Of a stretch of 64,000 nt of DNA, positions 43,048-56,569 are shown one piece after another. Source of the stretch: an uncultured delta proteobacterium. Lineage in GTDB: Bacteria; Desulfobacterota; Syntrophobacteria; BM002. The position numbers were made by a program, and so were the translations under genes. Where the stretch lies: assembly GCA_963712115.1 (NCBI GenBank), contig CAVQGX010000037.1, forward strand, positions 64,001 through 128,000, in the 5' to 3' direction. Positions within the stretch are counted from its first letter, which is position 1, and every line of letters begins with the position of its first letter. The notes under the pieces were generated by a model. That model did no database searches. It saw only the letters and a program-made list of their open reading frames with translations, and was not told where the DNA came from.

Positions 43048-44765
43048 ATGGAAAAAATATAGATCTCAAGGATTACGTCGATGTTTCAAACGTCGTAAGG
43101 ATTTATTTTATTATTCCTGCTGTGATTATCTTTATCTTTATTGGTACGCCGTTGCTTTCATCCTGCCTGCAATTTACAAATCTACCGCCAGCGATCTTGA
43201 TCGAGGCAGCAGGAAATTCCTGAAGATCTCGTTCGCACCACGGTGACCGGCTACGTGGAAGAGCGCCTTCAGACAGTCACCGAGCGCGTCCTCGGAGACG
43301 ACAATCTTCTTGGATGTTGCAGAGCGCTTTGCTCTCTTTACAGACCTGGGAGCGTGAGAATACCATGCAGAAATTAGTTCAAGCATGAGGGAAAGCATTG
43401 ACAGTTGAGTCGCATACGACCGAGGTGCGAAACTGATAGATTTAGCAAGAGCCAATCCAGTCAACTGACTGCCTTTACGGTCTCTTTTGAGGGGAAGGAA
43501 CCGGAGAAATTGGCAGCAGTTACCAACCACCTTGCTTCTCTTTTCTTGGAGGAAAATACGAAAGATCGGGAACAAAAGGCACAAACAACTATCGAGTTTC
43601 TCGAAAAGCAGCTTGTAGATCTTCGTTCAGAAATCCAAGAAACCGAGGCACAGCTTGCAGATTTCAAAGAGAAACACATGAACGAACTTCCAGAGCTTAT
43701 GCAACTCAACCTGAAGACCATGGACCAACTAGAGAGACAGATTGGAGGCTCAGGAGCGAAACATCAAAATCTGATCAACCGGAAGATCTATCTCGAAGGG
43801 CAATTGGCCCTGCTGGAGCCGAGTATGCACAAGGTGAGTGCGGATGGAAAGCGCATTTTGACGCCAAAGGAGGAACTCTCCGTCCTGCGAAGCCAATATC
43901 TGAGCCTCAGTTCTTCACTTTCTGAAGAACATCCAGATGTAATCAAGTTAAAGAAGAAACTTGCAGCTCTGGAAGGGGAAGTGAACACCAGAGAGGAATT
44001 GCGGCAGCTTCGGCGCGAACTCTACGACAAGGAACATCGAGCTTGCTTTGCTGCTAGAAGAGAGTTTCCTCGAGCCATCCTGATGCAGTTAGATTAAGAA
44101 AAGAAGTGCTTGCGCTCAAGGAGACGGGTGCAGGAACTTTCGAGATACCGTCGGTATTATGAAGGTGGAGGAGCAAAATCCTGAGAATCCCAGCGTACAT
44201 TAACGTGCAAGACGAGTATCACTTCCACCAGAATGGAAATTGACGCTGCCAAAAGAGAACTCGAGCAACTTAGAGGAAAAATACGAAGACTACAGAAACA
44301 GGATAGAAAATACGCCCAAAGTGGAACAGGAGTACCTTGACCTTCAGCGTAACTATGCAAAACGCAAGGCAAACTACCAGGAAACCGAGAACAACTGAGG
44401 CTGCAAAGGAGGCAAAGGGCCTTGAAGAGAGCCACATGGGTGAAAAATTTACCTTGGTCCAGCCGGCCACAACTCCGGTCAAGCCATATAAACCGAACCG
44501 CATTGCTATTTTTCTGTTGGGAGTGGTGCTTGCTGCAGGTGCAGGTTTGGGCACAGGTTCGCTTACGGAATACATGGATCACTCAGTGCACACCGCCGAT
44601 GAACTTGCCAGGGTCGCCGGGCACAGGGTGTTGACGGTAATTCCGTATTGGGAGACGTCCAGTGAAGTTGAGCGTAAACGTCGAAGGCTCTGGGCTCTGG
44701 TGGGGAGCAGCGTAGTGATCGTGTTAATAGGCCTGGTAGCCTTAAATTTTTTTTACCAGCCGTAG
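43048..44765 (+). CDS. Wzc/GumC-like polysaccharide co-polymerase (multiple frameshifts)
   Basis: FTVSFEG..AVTNHLASLF, EEHPDVIKL, GEKFTLVQPA..P.KPNR plus TM segments, spread over several frames. Confidence 0.75.
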
Positions 44766-44782
44766 GCGAAGGATAGAATCCA

Positions 44783-45601
44783 ATGAGCAAAATAGCCAAG
44801 GCACTGGAAAAAGCAAAAAAACAACGGCGTGATCGTTCTTCACAAGGTCAGGCTTCCGATTTTCGGGACTCTGTGGACTCACTGAGACTCGATCTCCAGC
44901 AGCTCTCTTACTCGCAGACAAGATCAATCCGCCTCAATAATACGCACCTCGAGTTTAATCGGCTGAATACCTTTCTCGACAATGCCCTGGCCGTAGACCG
45001 CTACAATGTGTTGTGTACCCAAATCCTGCAGGAGACTCGCAAGAATGGCAGCAACACCTTGATGGTCACCAGTTGTATTGATGGTGAGGGCAAAACAGTC
45101 ACCGCCATCAATCTCGCCACCAGTATTGCCAGAAAAGCTCAACACACGGTCCTCCTGGTGGACGCAGATTTGCGAAACCCGAAGGTTCGTTCTTATCTTG
45201 GCTTTAATGCAGAAAAAGGGCTTTCTCACTACCTTGAAGAAGACGTACCCCTCTCGCAACTCCTCGTCAATCCCGGGCTACCCAAGATGGTAATTCTCCC
45301 GGCCGGTAAGCCTCTTCTTCGTTCCACAGAAATCCTGAGTTCTCCGAAGATGGAGAAGTTAGTCCGTGAGATGAAGACTCGCTACCCGGAGCGGTATGTG
45401 ATTTTTGACTGCCCCCCCTTGCTGAGTGTTTCGGATTCAATGGTATTTGCATCCTATGTAGACGGGATTATTTTGGTGGTAGAGGCAGGGAGGACGTCGG
45501 AGGATCAGATTCGCAAGTCGGTGGAGTTATTGAAGGACAGGCCTCTGCTCGGACTGGTCCTGAACAAAGGCCGGGGATCTTTCAAGGGCTATTACTATTG
45601 A
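44783..45601 (+). CDS. Polysaccharide BY-kinase (CpsD/CapB-like)
   Basis: MSKIAKALEKA, GEGKT, LLVDADLR, IFDCPP, Tyr-rich C-terminus GYYY. Confidence 0.92.
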   Translation: MSKIAKALEKAKKQRRDRSSQGQASDFRDSVDSLRLDLQQLSYSQTRSIRLNNTHLEFNRLNTFLDNALAVDRYNVLCTQILQETRKNGSNTLMVTSCIDGEGKTVTAINLATSIARKAQHTVLLVDADLRNPKVRSYLGFNAEKGLSHYLEEDVPLSQLLVNPGLPKMVILPAGKPLLRSTEILSSPKMEKLVREMKTRYPERYVIFDCPPLLSVSDSMVFASYVDGIILVVEAGRTSEDQIRKSVELLKDRPLLGLVLNKGRGSFKGYYY

Positions 45602-45633
45602 AGAAAACACGCGAACGATCCGCTCGCCGAACC

Positions 45634-45729
45634 CGTCATTCCGGACGAGTCCGCCTCTGGCGGACGAGATCCGGAATCCATCTGGATCCCGGCTCGCGTC
45701 CCGCTTTGCGGGACTTGGCCGGGATGACG
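45634..45729. repeat. REP/MITE-like palindromic element
   Basis: CGTCATTCCGG...CCGGGATGACG termini with internal hairpins. Confidence 0.7.
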
Positions 45730-45836
45730 AATTGCGATATAGTCTCTCGAAGGGAAATGGACCGGATAATTATCCTGCGGAGCAAAAGACATATTCGTTT
45801 TAGTAAGTTAACTCTTTTACTACAAGAGCTATTATT

Positions 45837-46944
45837 ATGTACCTAGACTTCTACGGTTTTCGCCAAAAGCCTTTCAATCTGGTGGCCGATCCCGGTTTTC
45901 TGTATATGAGTGCGAAGCACCGGCTGGCCCTGACCTATTTAGAATACGGACTAATGGACGGGATTGGTTTTGTGCTCTTAACCGGGGAGATCGGAACCGG
46001 AAAGACAACTCTGATCAGAAAGCTGCTGAGTCAAGTCGAAAAAGCCGTCGACGTGGCTGTGGTTTTCAACACAAATGTCACCTCTGAGCAACTCCTGGAG
46101 CTCATCTTACAAGAATTCGAGGTCGAGACACGCAGCCGGAGAAAAGCAGCTCATCTCGACACCCTCAATCAATTCCTCATCCGCAAGTATGGAGAAGGTC
46201 GACGGGCGGTGCTCATCGTCGATGAGGCCCAGAACCTTTCATGGAGTGCTCTGGAAGAGGTCCGCATGCTCTCAAACTTGCAAACCGATCAGGAACCTCT
46301 GCTGCAGATCGTACTCGTGGGTCAGCCGGCATTGAGGAGTAAGCTCCAGGATCCTTCCCTGGCTCAATTGAGTCAACGCATTGCCGTCAGCTATCACTTG
46401 AGTTCTCTAAGTTTTCCGGAGGTCAAAGAATATATCGCTCACAGACTGCAAAAAGCAGGTGTCCAAAAGGGTCATATCTTCGATCTCGAGGCGATGAAAT
46501 CTATTTTTCACCACTCAAAGGGCATCCCGCGAGCCATCAACATCATCTGCGATGCAGCCCTGTTGTATGGCTATGCAGATGAACTGAAGAGCGTCAACAA
46601 GCAGGTCATTGAGCAGGTTGTAAAGGACAAGAATGACGTCGGACTGGTCACTACGTGTCTGGTTCCGGAGGCAGGGCAGTTTTCGGCTGACAATTCACGA
46701 GACAACGGCCATGTTCTCACCCGGCTGCAAAACCTGGAAGAAAAGATATCTAAACTTTCAGGGCTCGTTGATTGGCAGAGTCCAGACCGAGGAAGACCGA
46801 GCAGAGAAGTACAAGGACAGACTGATTCACAATCTCGAAAAAATGCTAGCTCAAGAGCGGAAGCGCAATGATAAGCTTGTGGAGATGTACCAAGAGATGA
46901 GATTCAGATTGCGCTCAAAGACAAGTGAAGTGAAAAAAGAGTGA
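45837..46944 (+). CDS. ExeA-like AAA ATPase (exopolysaccharide/PEP-CTERM-associated type); frameshift near the 3' end
   Basis: MYLDFYGFRQKPF, GEIGTGKTT, IVDEAQNL, LVGQP, GIPRAIN; the coiled-coil tail continues in ORF 46633..46944. Confidence 0.88.
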
Positions 46945-47041
46945 ACAAATCCACCCAACTCGATACTCAATCCTTAAATTGAACGACTCTTTGACTTCAT
47001 GCCCCCTATTCAAAATGATCCTCTGAAGCCCTGTAAAAAAC

Positions 47042-47140
47042 TCCCTCTCCCTCGACGGGAGAGGGTTGGGGTGAGGGTGAAGAATCCCCTCCTCTCCGAA
47101 GCGTAGGCTCCACGAGCCAGAGGCGGCCAGGAGAGGGGAA
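47042..47140. repeat. CCCTCTCCC/GGGAGAGGG palindromic intergenic repeat
   Basis: CCCTCTCCCTCGACGGGAGAGGGTTGGGGTGAGGG; a related element lies at ~50480-50545. Confidence 0.6.
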
Positions 47141-47242
47141 ACTAGTTATAGGAGAGCTTCCTAACCCCTTTTGAAAAGTAGGGCGCTTCACCGTACCCGC
47201 CGACCATGGTGAAAATAGGACTAAGAACACAGGAAAGACAAT

Positions 47243-48988
<1,746 letters not shown>

Positions 48989-49028
48989 TTGCTGATCCTA
49001 ACAATGACCATGCAATAATGAAACGGCA

Positions 49029-50450
49029 ATGTATCGAGAGCAAGCTTTTATAATAATCAGATTACTCATATTCCTCGATGCCTTATGTGTAATTCTGGCA
49101 GGCTACGGAGCATACTATTTGCGGTCTACCGTACTAGGATCAAGACCATGGAGCATGGATAGCAAGATCTTTGCCTTGTCATTACTTGTTATTATGATTG
49201 TCAATAACTATGCTGCCAACAAATTAGGATTATACTCAGACAAAAAACTAAAGTCATATCTAAACCTGATATGGAAAATATTGCAGTGCATTGTTTTTGA
49301 CTTTATCGTTTTAGGGTGCGTCATCTTTGTAATAAAGGAAAAAGCTTACTCTAGGGCATTCACGTTGTACTTTGCATCTCTATTATTTGTGCTTCTAACT
49401 TGCTACAGGTTAGTCGTTTATAAATATGTTAATAATAAGAATGGCAATAGATTCGGAGCTAAGAATATTCTTGTAGTGGGTGTCTTGGAAAGAGCCCAAA
49501 AGGTTATTGATGCTGTCGAAAATCAAATTAGTTGGGGAATTAACATCGTCAATCCTGTGACTATTTGTCATAAAATTCCTCTTAGTTGCCAAAATGGTAC
49601 TGTTCTGTCGACTGAATTCATTCAAGAACTACCCCGCATACTGGAAGAGGGTGAAATCGACGAAGTCATATTTGCTGTTGGCGGCGATGCATCAGTGGAT
49701 TTAAAAGATTACATCAATACGGTTCGCCAGATGGGAATCGATGCGAGGATACTGCCCTCGCTTTGGGACCTGGATTCAGACCGGGTTCAAGTCGAGCAGT
49801 TCCAGGGGATTCCTTTTCTTGCCCTACAGGTCAACAATTTTAACGCTGCCGGGCTGTTCTACAAAAGAATTCTTGACATCGTCGGCGGTCTAGTTGGGAG
49901 TTTGATCTTCCTTGCTATGTACCCATTTGTCGCAATTGCTATAAAGCTTGACTCGCCGGGACCTGTTGTCTTTAAACAAGAAAGGATCGGCAAGAACGGC
50001 CGTGTGTTCAAGCTGCTCAAATTTCGCTCCATGTATGAAGATGCAGAAGAACGAAAAAAGGAACTCTTGGCGCAGAATCAAATGGATGGGTTCATGTTCA
50101 AGGTGGATAAAGATCCTCGAGTCACTGGAGTTGGAAGATTCCTTCGTAAAACCTCTCTTGACGAGTTCCCGCAATTCGTAAATGTACTAAAAGGCGAAAT
50201 GAGCCTGGTAGGAACCAGACCCCCCACCCCCGATGAAGTGGAACAGTACAGCTATTCGCACCGAAGACGAATCTCGGCAAAGCCTGGAATAACCGGGCTC
50301 TGGCAGATCTCCGGCCGCAACAAGATCAAAGATTTTGAAAAAGTAGTGGAGCTGGATTGCAGTTATCTCGAAAGCTGGCGGTTTTGGGATGACATCAGGA
50401 TTTTGTTCAAAACCATTTTTGTGGTTTTGCGGAGAAAAGGAGCATTTTAA
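49029..50450 (+). CDS. Priming undecaprenyl-phosphate sugar transferase (WcaJ-like)
   Basis: [39 protein letters not shown]. Confidence 0.93.
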   Translation: MYREQAFIIIRLLIFLDALCVILAGYGAYYLRSTVLGSRPWSMDSKIFALSLLVIMIVNNYAANKLGLYSDKKLKSYLNLIWKILQCIVFDFIVLGCVIFVIKEKAYSRAFTLYFASLLFVLLTCYRLVVYKYVNNKNGNRFGAKNILVVGVLERAQKVIDAVENQISWGINIVNPVTICHKIPLSCQNGTVLSTEFIQELPRILEEGEIDEVIFAVGGDASVDLKDYINTVRQMGIDARILPSLWDLDSDRVQVEQFQGIPFLALQVNNFNAAGLFYKRILDIVGGLVGSLIFLAMYPFVAIAIKLDSPGPVVFKQERIGKNGRVFKLLKFRSMYEDAEERKKELLAQNQMDGFMFKVDKDPRVTGVGRFLRKTSLDEFPQFVNVLKGEMSLVGTRPPTPDEVEQYSYSHRRRISAKPGITGLWQISGRNKIKDFEKVVELDCSYLESWRFWDDIRILFKTIFVVLRRKGAF

Positions 50451-50645
50451 CTAGTATCTATCCGGAAATACCTTTTTTTCTCCTCCCCCTTGTCGCAGAT
50501 CCCGAGCTTGTCGCGGGGACGGGGGAGGATGAAGGAGGGGGTGAAAAATAGTTGTTAATTGACAGAAATGGAGTTTCTGGCAGGAGAATAAGTATATGTT
50601 AAAAGATCAGTTTATTGGATTTCTCTTAAGTTTGGAGGTGATTGC

Positions 50646-51419
50646 GTGAAAGCAGTAATCTTAGCAGGTGGCTTTGGCACAAGATTATCTGAAGAAACGG
50701 ATTTGCGCCCCAAACCAATGGTGGAAATCGGTGGCAAACCAATGCTTTGGCACATCATGAACATTTGCGGATCTCAAGGCGTAACTGAGTTCATCATTGC
50801 CCTGGGATACAAGGGAGAAATTATAAAAGAGTATTTTCTAAACTTTTATGCTTTTAACAATGACATAACCATCGACTTGGAAACCGGTGAGACCACGATT
50901 CATGACGGCAACCAGCCAAATTGGAAGATCCATCTTGTCGACACCGGGCTGTATACCCAAACCGGGGGACGTCTCAAGCGACTTAGAAACTGGCTAGGTG
51001 AGGACGAGACGTTTATGTTTACCTACGGTGATGGTGTTGCAGATATAGATCTCAAATCGCTTTTGGCTTTTCACAAATCACATGGCAAACTCGCCACAGT
51101 TACAACCGTACGCTCGCCCGCTCGTTTTGGCAGGATTGCCTTCCAAAAAGATCAAGTTGTCGAGTTTTACGAGAAATCCGAGTCGGCCGAAGGCTGGATA
51201 AACGGAGGGTATTTTATCTTGCACCCAAAAGCCATCGATTATATTGAAGATGACGAGACCATTTGGGAGCGAACACCTGTAGAGGAGCTTGCTCAGGATG
51301 GGCAGTTGATGGGTTATCGACATGATGGATTCTGGTCATGCATGGATACCTTAAAAGAGAAAAGGCTTCTGGAACAACTATGGAACTCCGACAAGGCCCC
51401 CTGGAAGATTTGGGGATGA
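50646..51419 (+). CDS. rfbF: Glucose-1-phosphate cytidylyltransferase
   Basis: LAGGFGTRLSEET..PKPMVEIGG, TYGDG, FWSCMDTL. Confidence 0.95.
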   Translation: MKAVILAGGFGTRLSEETDLRPKPMVEIGGKPMLWHIMNICGSQGVTEFIIALGYKGEIIKEYFLNFYAFNNDITIDLETGETTIHDGNQPNWKIHLVDTGLYTQTGGRLKRLRNWLGEDETFMFTYGDGVADIDLKSLLAFHKSHGKLATVTTVRSPARFGRIAFQKDQVVEFYEKSESAEGWINGGYFILHPKAIDYIEDDETIWERTPVEELAQDGQLMGYRHDGFWSCMDTLKEKRLLEQLWNSDKAPWKIWG

Positions 51420-52501
51420 ATAGGAAATTTTGGAAAGATAAGAAGGTACTGATTACCGGTCATACCGGGTTCAAGGGAAGCTGGTTATCGCTGTGGTTGC
51501 AGCTTGTAGAAGCTCGCGTTATTGGTTACTCGTTGCCCCCGCCGACCAAACCAAGTTTGTTCGAAACTGCCCAGGTAGATCAGAAAGTGATCTCAATTAA
51601 GGGTGATGTCCGAAACTTGGATTATCTTCAAGCTGTTATCAGTGATAATAAACCAGAAATCATAATCCACATGGCTGCACAGGCATTAGTGCGTCGTTCC
51701 TACAATGATCCCATTGAAACATATTCCACCAATATTATGGGCACTGTAAATGTGCTAGAAACTGTTCGGAACTCTCCGTCGGTGAGAGTGGTAATTATTG
51801 TGACTAGTGACAAATGCTATGCAAACAATGAGTGGGTTTGGGGATACAGAGAGAATGACCGCATGGGAGGGCGTGATCCTTACTCGTCTAGCAAGGCCTG
51901 TGCCGAGTTAGTTACATCTGCTTACCGAAACTCTTACTTCTCGGAGAAAAATTATGACCGACACGGCATTGCATTGGCAAGTGTAAGAGCTGGCAATGTA
52001 ATCGGTGGTGGAGATTGGGCTGAAGATCGCCTCATCCCAGATATCATGAAGGCGTTTATGGAACACAGACCCGCAATCATACGCAATCCTGGTTTTGTTC
52101 GCCCATGGCAGCATGTGTTGGAGCCGCTGAACGGTTATCTTCTGCTGGCTGAAAAGCTCTGGAAACGTGGGCAAGAGTTTGTAGGAGCCTGGAACTTCGG
52201 GCCTGATGAAGCAGATGCCAAACCAGTCTCTTTCATAGTGGAGAAGTTGACTGAACTGTGGGGTGATGGCGCATCATTTGAGCTTGTCGAATCCCGCCAA
52301 TCTCACGAAGCCACTTTTCTAAAACTGGATTGCTCCAAGGCCAGAACTTCTGTTGGTTGGACGCCAAAGCTGTCCTTAAACCAGGCACTGGAGTGGATAG
52401 TCGAATGGTATAGAGGCTACCAAAATAAGGAGGACATTTGCCACATTACAGAAGGCGAGATTTTACGTTTTGAGAGTCTTCAAAACGAGGAAATAGTATG
52501 A
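51416..52501 (+). CDS. rfbG: CDP-glucose 4,6-dehydratase
   Basis: TGHTGFKGSW, TSDKCY, DPYSSSK, RAGNVIGGGDW, RPWQHVLEPL. Confidence 0.95.
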   Translation: MNRKFWKDKKVLITGHTGFKGSWLSLWLQLVEARVIGYSLPPPTKPSLFETAQVDQKVISIKGDVRNLDYLQAVISDNKPEIIIHMAAQALVRRSYNDPIETYSTNIMGTVNVLETVRNSPSVRVVIIVTSDKCYANNEWVWGYRENDRMGGRDPYSSSKACAELVTSAYRNSYFSEKNYDRHGIALASVRAGNVIGGGDWAEDRLIPDIMKAFMEHRPAIIRNPGFVRPWQHVLEPLNGYLLLAEKLWKRGQEFVGAWNFGPDEADAKPVSFIVEKLTELWGDGASFELVESRQSHEATFLKLDCSKARTSVGWTPKLSLNQALEWIVEWYRGYQNKEDICHITEGEILRFESLQNEEIV

Positions 52502-53733
52502 ATTCCAGAAAGTGCAGGTTTTGTGGGAACGCTCTGAAATTCACATTTGTAGATCTTGGTGTTTCCCCTTTTGCGAACTCATATCTTAAGTCTCAAGATT
52601 TGCAAAAAATGGAGCAGTTCTACCCCTTGCATGTTTTTGTCTGCGAGGTATGTTTCCTCGTTCAGCTTCCTGAGCAGCAATCTCCTGAAAAAATCTTTGG
52701 CGAGTACGCCTATTTTTCGTCTTATTCAGAGTCCTGGCTCAATCACGTAAGAAAGTATTCAAAACAAATGATTAAAAGTTTTGGATTCAATTCTAACTCC
52801 CAGGTCATCGAGATCGCCAGTAATGATGGCTATCTGCTTCAATATTTCAAGAAAGAAGGTATTCCTGTCCTGGGAATAGAGCCAGCAAGAAATGTGGCTA
52901 AGGCGGCGCAAGATCTCGGTATTAGAACCATAGTAAAATTCTTCAACGTACAGACAGCCACTGAACTCGTTGCTGAAGATAGGTATGCCGATCTTCTAAT
53001 AGGAAATAACGTCTTGGCTCACGTCCCTGATCTAAACGATTTTGTTAGCGCTCTGAAAATTGCACTAAAACCGCAAGGCATCATTACCATGGAGTTTCCG
53101 CATCTCTTGCAGTTGATGGCGGAGAATCAGTTTGACACGATTTACCACGAGCACTTTTCATATTTTTCCTGTATTACCGTTAACAATATCTTCGCCCACC
53201 ACGGCTTAAATATTTTTGATGTGGAGGAGTTGCAAACGCACGGAGGCTCCCTGCGCATTTATGCGTGTCATGCCGAGGATACTTCGAAGCCCATCAGTCA
53301 GAATGTAGAAAATCTAATATCAGTTGAAGAAAAGAAAGGTTTCGACCAATTGGACACCTACTTATCATTCGGCGAAAAAGTGAAAGAAAGCAAGCGACAT
53401 ATTCTGGAGTTCTTCATCCAGGCCAAAAGAGAGAATAAGACCATTGCCGGATACGGTGCCCCAGCCAAAGGGAACACTCTTTTGAACTACTGCGGTATTA
53501 GAACCGATTTTATTGACTTTACTGTAGATTTAAGTCCCCATAAACAAGGACACTTTTTGCCGGGAACTCACATCCCAATTTATCACCCAGATAAAATAAG
53601 GGAGATCAAGCCAGACTATTTGGTCATTCTGCCCTGGAACCTCAAAGACGAAATCATGGAACAGATGTCACATATTCGCGACTGGGGTGGTCAGTTTGTA
53701 AAGCTAATACCAGAGGTAAAAGTATATCCATGA
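52498..53733 (+). CDS. NDP-hexose C-methyltransferase
   Basis: CRFC..C..C zinc site, EIASNDG, YHEHFSYF, HGGSLR, GYGAPAKG. Confidence 0.88.
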   Translation: MNSRKCRFCGNALKFTFVDLGVSPFANSYLKSQDLQKMEQFYPLHVFVCEVCFLVQLPEQQSPEKIFGEYAYFSSYSESWLNHVRKYSKQMIKSFGFNSNSQVIEIASNDGYLLQYFKKEGIPVLGIEPARNVAKAAQDLGIRTIVKFFNVQTATELVAEDRYADLLIGNNVLAHVPDLNDFVSALKIALKPQGIITMEFPHLLQLMAENQFDTIYHEHFSYFSCITVNNIFAHHGLNIFDVEELQTHGGSLRIYACHAEDTSKPISQNVENLISVEEKKGFDQLDTYLSFGEKVKESKRHILEFFIQAKRENKTIAGYGAPAKGNTLLNYCGIRTDFIDFTVDLSPHKQGHFLPGTHIPIYHPDKIREIKPDYLVILPWNLKDEIMEQMSHIRDWGGQFVKLIPEVKVYP

Positions 53734-54260
53734 TCTTCAAAGAGACGAACCTGAAAGGGGCGTTCATCATTGAACCGGAAATGATGTCTGATGAACGCGG
53801 TTTCTTCGCTCGAACTTGGTGTGCCCGAGATTTTGAAGCTCAAGGGCTAACCCCAAATCTAGTCCAGTGCAATATTTCTTTTAATAAGCAAAAAGGCACA
53901 CTGAGGGGAATGCACTACCAGGTGGTGCCACATGAAGAGGCAAAGGTGGTCCGTTGTACAATGGGAACTATCTATGACGTAATCGTCGATCTTCGGCCTA
54001 ATTCACCGACTTATAAGCGATGGACATCTGTGGACATGAGTGCCAAAAACAGAAGGATGCTTTATATTCCAGAGGGCTTTGCTCACGGTTTTCTTACTAT
54101 GGAGGACGATACAGAAGTCTTTTATCAGATGTCCGAATTCTATGCCCCTGAATGCGCACGGGGTCTTAGATGGAACGACCCGGCATTTAAAATACCTTGG
54201 CCATTAGGAGTTACAGTAATTTCGGAGAAAGATGCGCGTTATCCAGATTTTGCCGAATGA
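53730..54260 (+). CDS. rfbC: NDP-4-keto-6-deoxyhexose 3,5-epimerase (RmlC/RfbC family)
   Basis: DERGFF, TLRGMHYQ, GFAHGF, WNDP. Confidence 0.9.
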   Translation: MIFKETNLKGAFIIEPEMMSDERGFFARTWCARDFEAQGLTPNLVQCNISFNKQKGTLRGMHYQVVPHEEAKVVRCTMGTIYDVIVDLRPNSPTYKRWTSVDMSAKNRRMLYIPEGFAHGFLTMEDDTEVFYQMSEFYAPECARGLRWNDPAFKIPWPLGVTVISEKDARYPDFAE

Positions 54261-54284
54261 TAATTCTCGTTCTGTTCTCAAAAG

Positions 54285-55604
54285 ATGAATCTATACGATC
54301 TCAGGGATAGTATTGATAGCAATGACGTTGGCAAAGAGATGTACGGGCTCATTGAGGAGCTATATCCTATCTGTAGAAGCATTACAGGAAATGGTGCTCG
54401 ACAAAGTCTAGATATCCTCAAGAAACATGTCCCGTTAACAATCCAAGAAATCCCCACTGGAACTCAGGTCTTCGACTGGACTGTTCCCAGAGAATGGAAT
54501 GTAAAGAATGCCTGGGTCAAGAATTCTAAAGGTGACAAGGTCATTGATTTTCAGGATTCAAATTTACATGTTGTAAATTATAGTGTGCCTATAAGAAAAA
54601 AGATGACTCTAGCCGAGTTGAAGGATCATCTGCACACAATACCTGATTATCCTGACTGGATTCCATATCGAACTTCTTATTACAAAGAGACATGGGGATT
54701 TTGTCTAAGTCACAACCAGTTTTTAAAATTAGAAGATGACGACTATGAGGTGCTAATCGAATCATCACTCAAAGACGGGTATCTTACCTATGGCGAATAT
54801 TATCTTAGTGGTAGAAATGGTGATGAGGTTTTAATATCTTGTCACATTTGTCATCCCTCACTATGTAATGATAATCTTTCAGGCATTGCTGTAAGCACAT
54901 TCCTTGCAAAGTATCTCAGCCCTTTATCACTTAAGTTCTCATACAGGTTTTTGTTCATTCCCGGGACAATAGGTTCAATTACTTGGCTTTCCCTCAACGA
55001 AGCAAAAGTTTCAAAAATAAAGCATGGTTTGGTCCTTGCTGGTGTTGGTGATAGAGGAAGGTATACATACAAAAAGAGCCGACTGGGCAACGCGGAGATA
55101 GACAGGATTGTGATGAATATTTTAAAACATTCCGGAGAAGAAAATAAAGCGATTGATTTTGTCCCATATGGCTATGACGAGCGGCAGTATTGTTCGCCGG
55201 GTTTTAATCTTCCTGTTGGCTGCTTCATGAGAACACCATACGGTGAATATCCAGAATACCATACCTCGGCAGATAATCTTAATTTTGTCCGACCTGGTCA
55301 TCTTTCGGCTTCATTCTCAATACTACTCTCTATTTTGTCGGTAATTGAAAGTAATGATAGGTACCTTAGCTTGAACTCCAAATGCGAGCCTCAACTGGGA
55401 AGAAGAGGATTATATGATCATTTAGGGGGCAGAGCTGATGGCAAGACTAGGCAACTCGCCATGCTCTGGGTATTGAACCTATCTGACGGTAACCACACGT
55501 TGCTGGATATCTCAGACCGGTCAGGTCTTAACTTCAGTCTCATCAAAAATGCTGCAGATATCCTAGCTGACAGCGGACTAATCAGTGTAATGGATAAGAG
55601 ATAA
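54285..55604 (+). CDS. DUF4910/DUF2172 aminopeptidase-like protein with C-terminal HTH
   Basis: PICRSITG, HICHPSLCNDNLSG, DERQYCSPG, EYHTSAD, CEPQLGRRGLY. Confidence 0.85.
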   Translation: MNLYDLRDSIDSNDVGKEMYGLIEELYPICRSITGNGARQSLDILKKHVPLTIQEIPTGTQVFDWTVPREWNVKNAWVKNSKGDKVIDFQDSNLHVVNYSVPIRKKMTLAELKDHLHTIPDYPDWIPYRTSYYKETWGFCLSHNQFLKLEDDDYEVLIESSLKDGYLTYGEYYLSGRNGDEVLISCHICHPSLCNDNLSGIAVSTFLAKYLSPLSLKFSYRFLFIPGTIGSITWLSLNEAKVSKIKHGLVLAGVGDRGRYTYKKSRLGNAEIDRIVMNILKHSGEENKAIDFVPYGYDERQYCSPGFNLPVGCFMRTPYGEYPEYHTSADNLNFVRPGHLSASFSILLSILSVIESNDRYLSLNSKCEPQLGRRGLYDHLGGRADGKTRQLAMLWVLNLSDGNHTLLDISDRSGLNFSLIKNAADILADSGLISVMDKR

Positions 55605-55613
55605 TCTAACACT

Positions 55614-56555
55614 ATGACTGAGAAGGGCAAACACAATATGACGGGTTTCCCACTAGCAGGTCGAAGGATACTTGTTACTGGTGCGAGTGGCTTTATCGGC
55701 TCTCGCCTGTGCCGTCGGCTTCTTCAGATAGGTGCCGCACCACACGGTGTGTCACGTCGAAAACAACCGAATGACATGAACTCTATAACCTGGTGGCAAG
55801 GTGACCTCGCAGAAATCAGCATAGCACGGAATATCATCAGCGAGATAAAGCCCGATATTGTTTTTCATTTGGCCAGCCACGTTGTTGGGGCTCGAGAACT
55901 TGATGTGGTTTTGCCGACGTTCTATTCCAATCTAGCAACCACAATAAATTTACTTACGTTGGCAAGTGAAATTGGTTGCGACCGAATTATCTTGGCTGGC
56001 TCCCTGGAGGAACCAGATGAAACAGATGTTATCGCAACTCCAAGTTCTCCCTACGCTGCTGCAAAATGGGCTTGCAGCGGATACGCTCGTATGTTCCACG
56101 CGCTTTATGAGACGCCTGTGAGTATAGCTCGCCTTTTTATGGTCTACGGGCCAGGGCAACAGGATTTAAGAAAACTCATTCCCTATGTAATTCTTTCACT
56201 CTTACGGGGGGAAGCTCCTGAACTCACCAGTGGTCAACGACAGGTAGATTGGATTTATGTCGATGATGTCGTTGACGGCCTTTTGGCAATGGCGTTAGCT
56301 GCAGACACAGGGGGCCAAAGCATTGAAATAGGTTCGGGAACCCTGGTCTCAATTGCGGAGGTGGTCAGGCAACTTGTTGAGATATTGGACCCGACCATCT
56401 CACCATTGTTAGGGGCTGTCCCAGATAGGCCCATGGAACAGATACGTGCCGCAAATGTTAATGATACTTGCTCAAAGATTGACTGGGTACCCAATACTCC
56501 CCTTGAAGAAGGGCTGCAAAAGACAGTGAACTGGTACAGACAAAGAATAAAGTGA
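55614..56555 (+). CDS. NAD-dependent epimerase/reductase (extended SDR)
   Basis: TGASGFIG, YAAAK, VYGPGQ. Confidence 0.88.
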   Translation: MTEKGKHNMTGFPLAGRRILVTGASGFIGSRLCRRLLQIGAAPHGVSRRKQPNDMNSITWWQGDLAEISIARNIISEIKPDIVFHLASHVVGARELDVVLPTFYSNLATTINLLTLASEIGCDRIILAGSLEEPDETDVIATPSSPYAAAKWACSGYARMFHALYETPVSIARLFMVYGPGQQDLRKLIPYVILSLLRGEAPELTSGQRQVDWIYVDDVVDGLLAMALAADTGGQSIEIGSGTLVSIAEVVRQLVEILDPTISPLLGAVPDRPMEQIRAANVNDTCSKIDWVPNTPLEEGLQKTVNWYRQRIK

Positions 56556-56569
56556 GATAGCAGGAGCCA

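Noticed and set aside
45598-45846. 82-aa ORF between the BY-kinase and the ATPase
   Set aside because: It is a translation of the palindromic repeat at 45634-45729.
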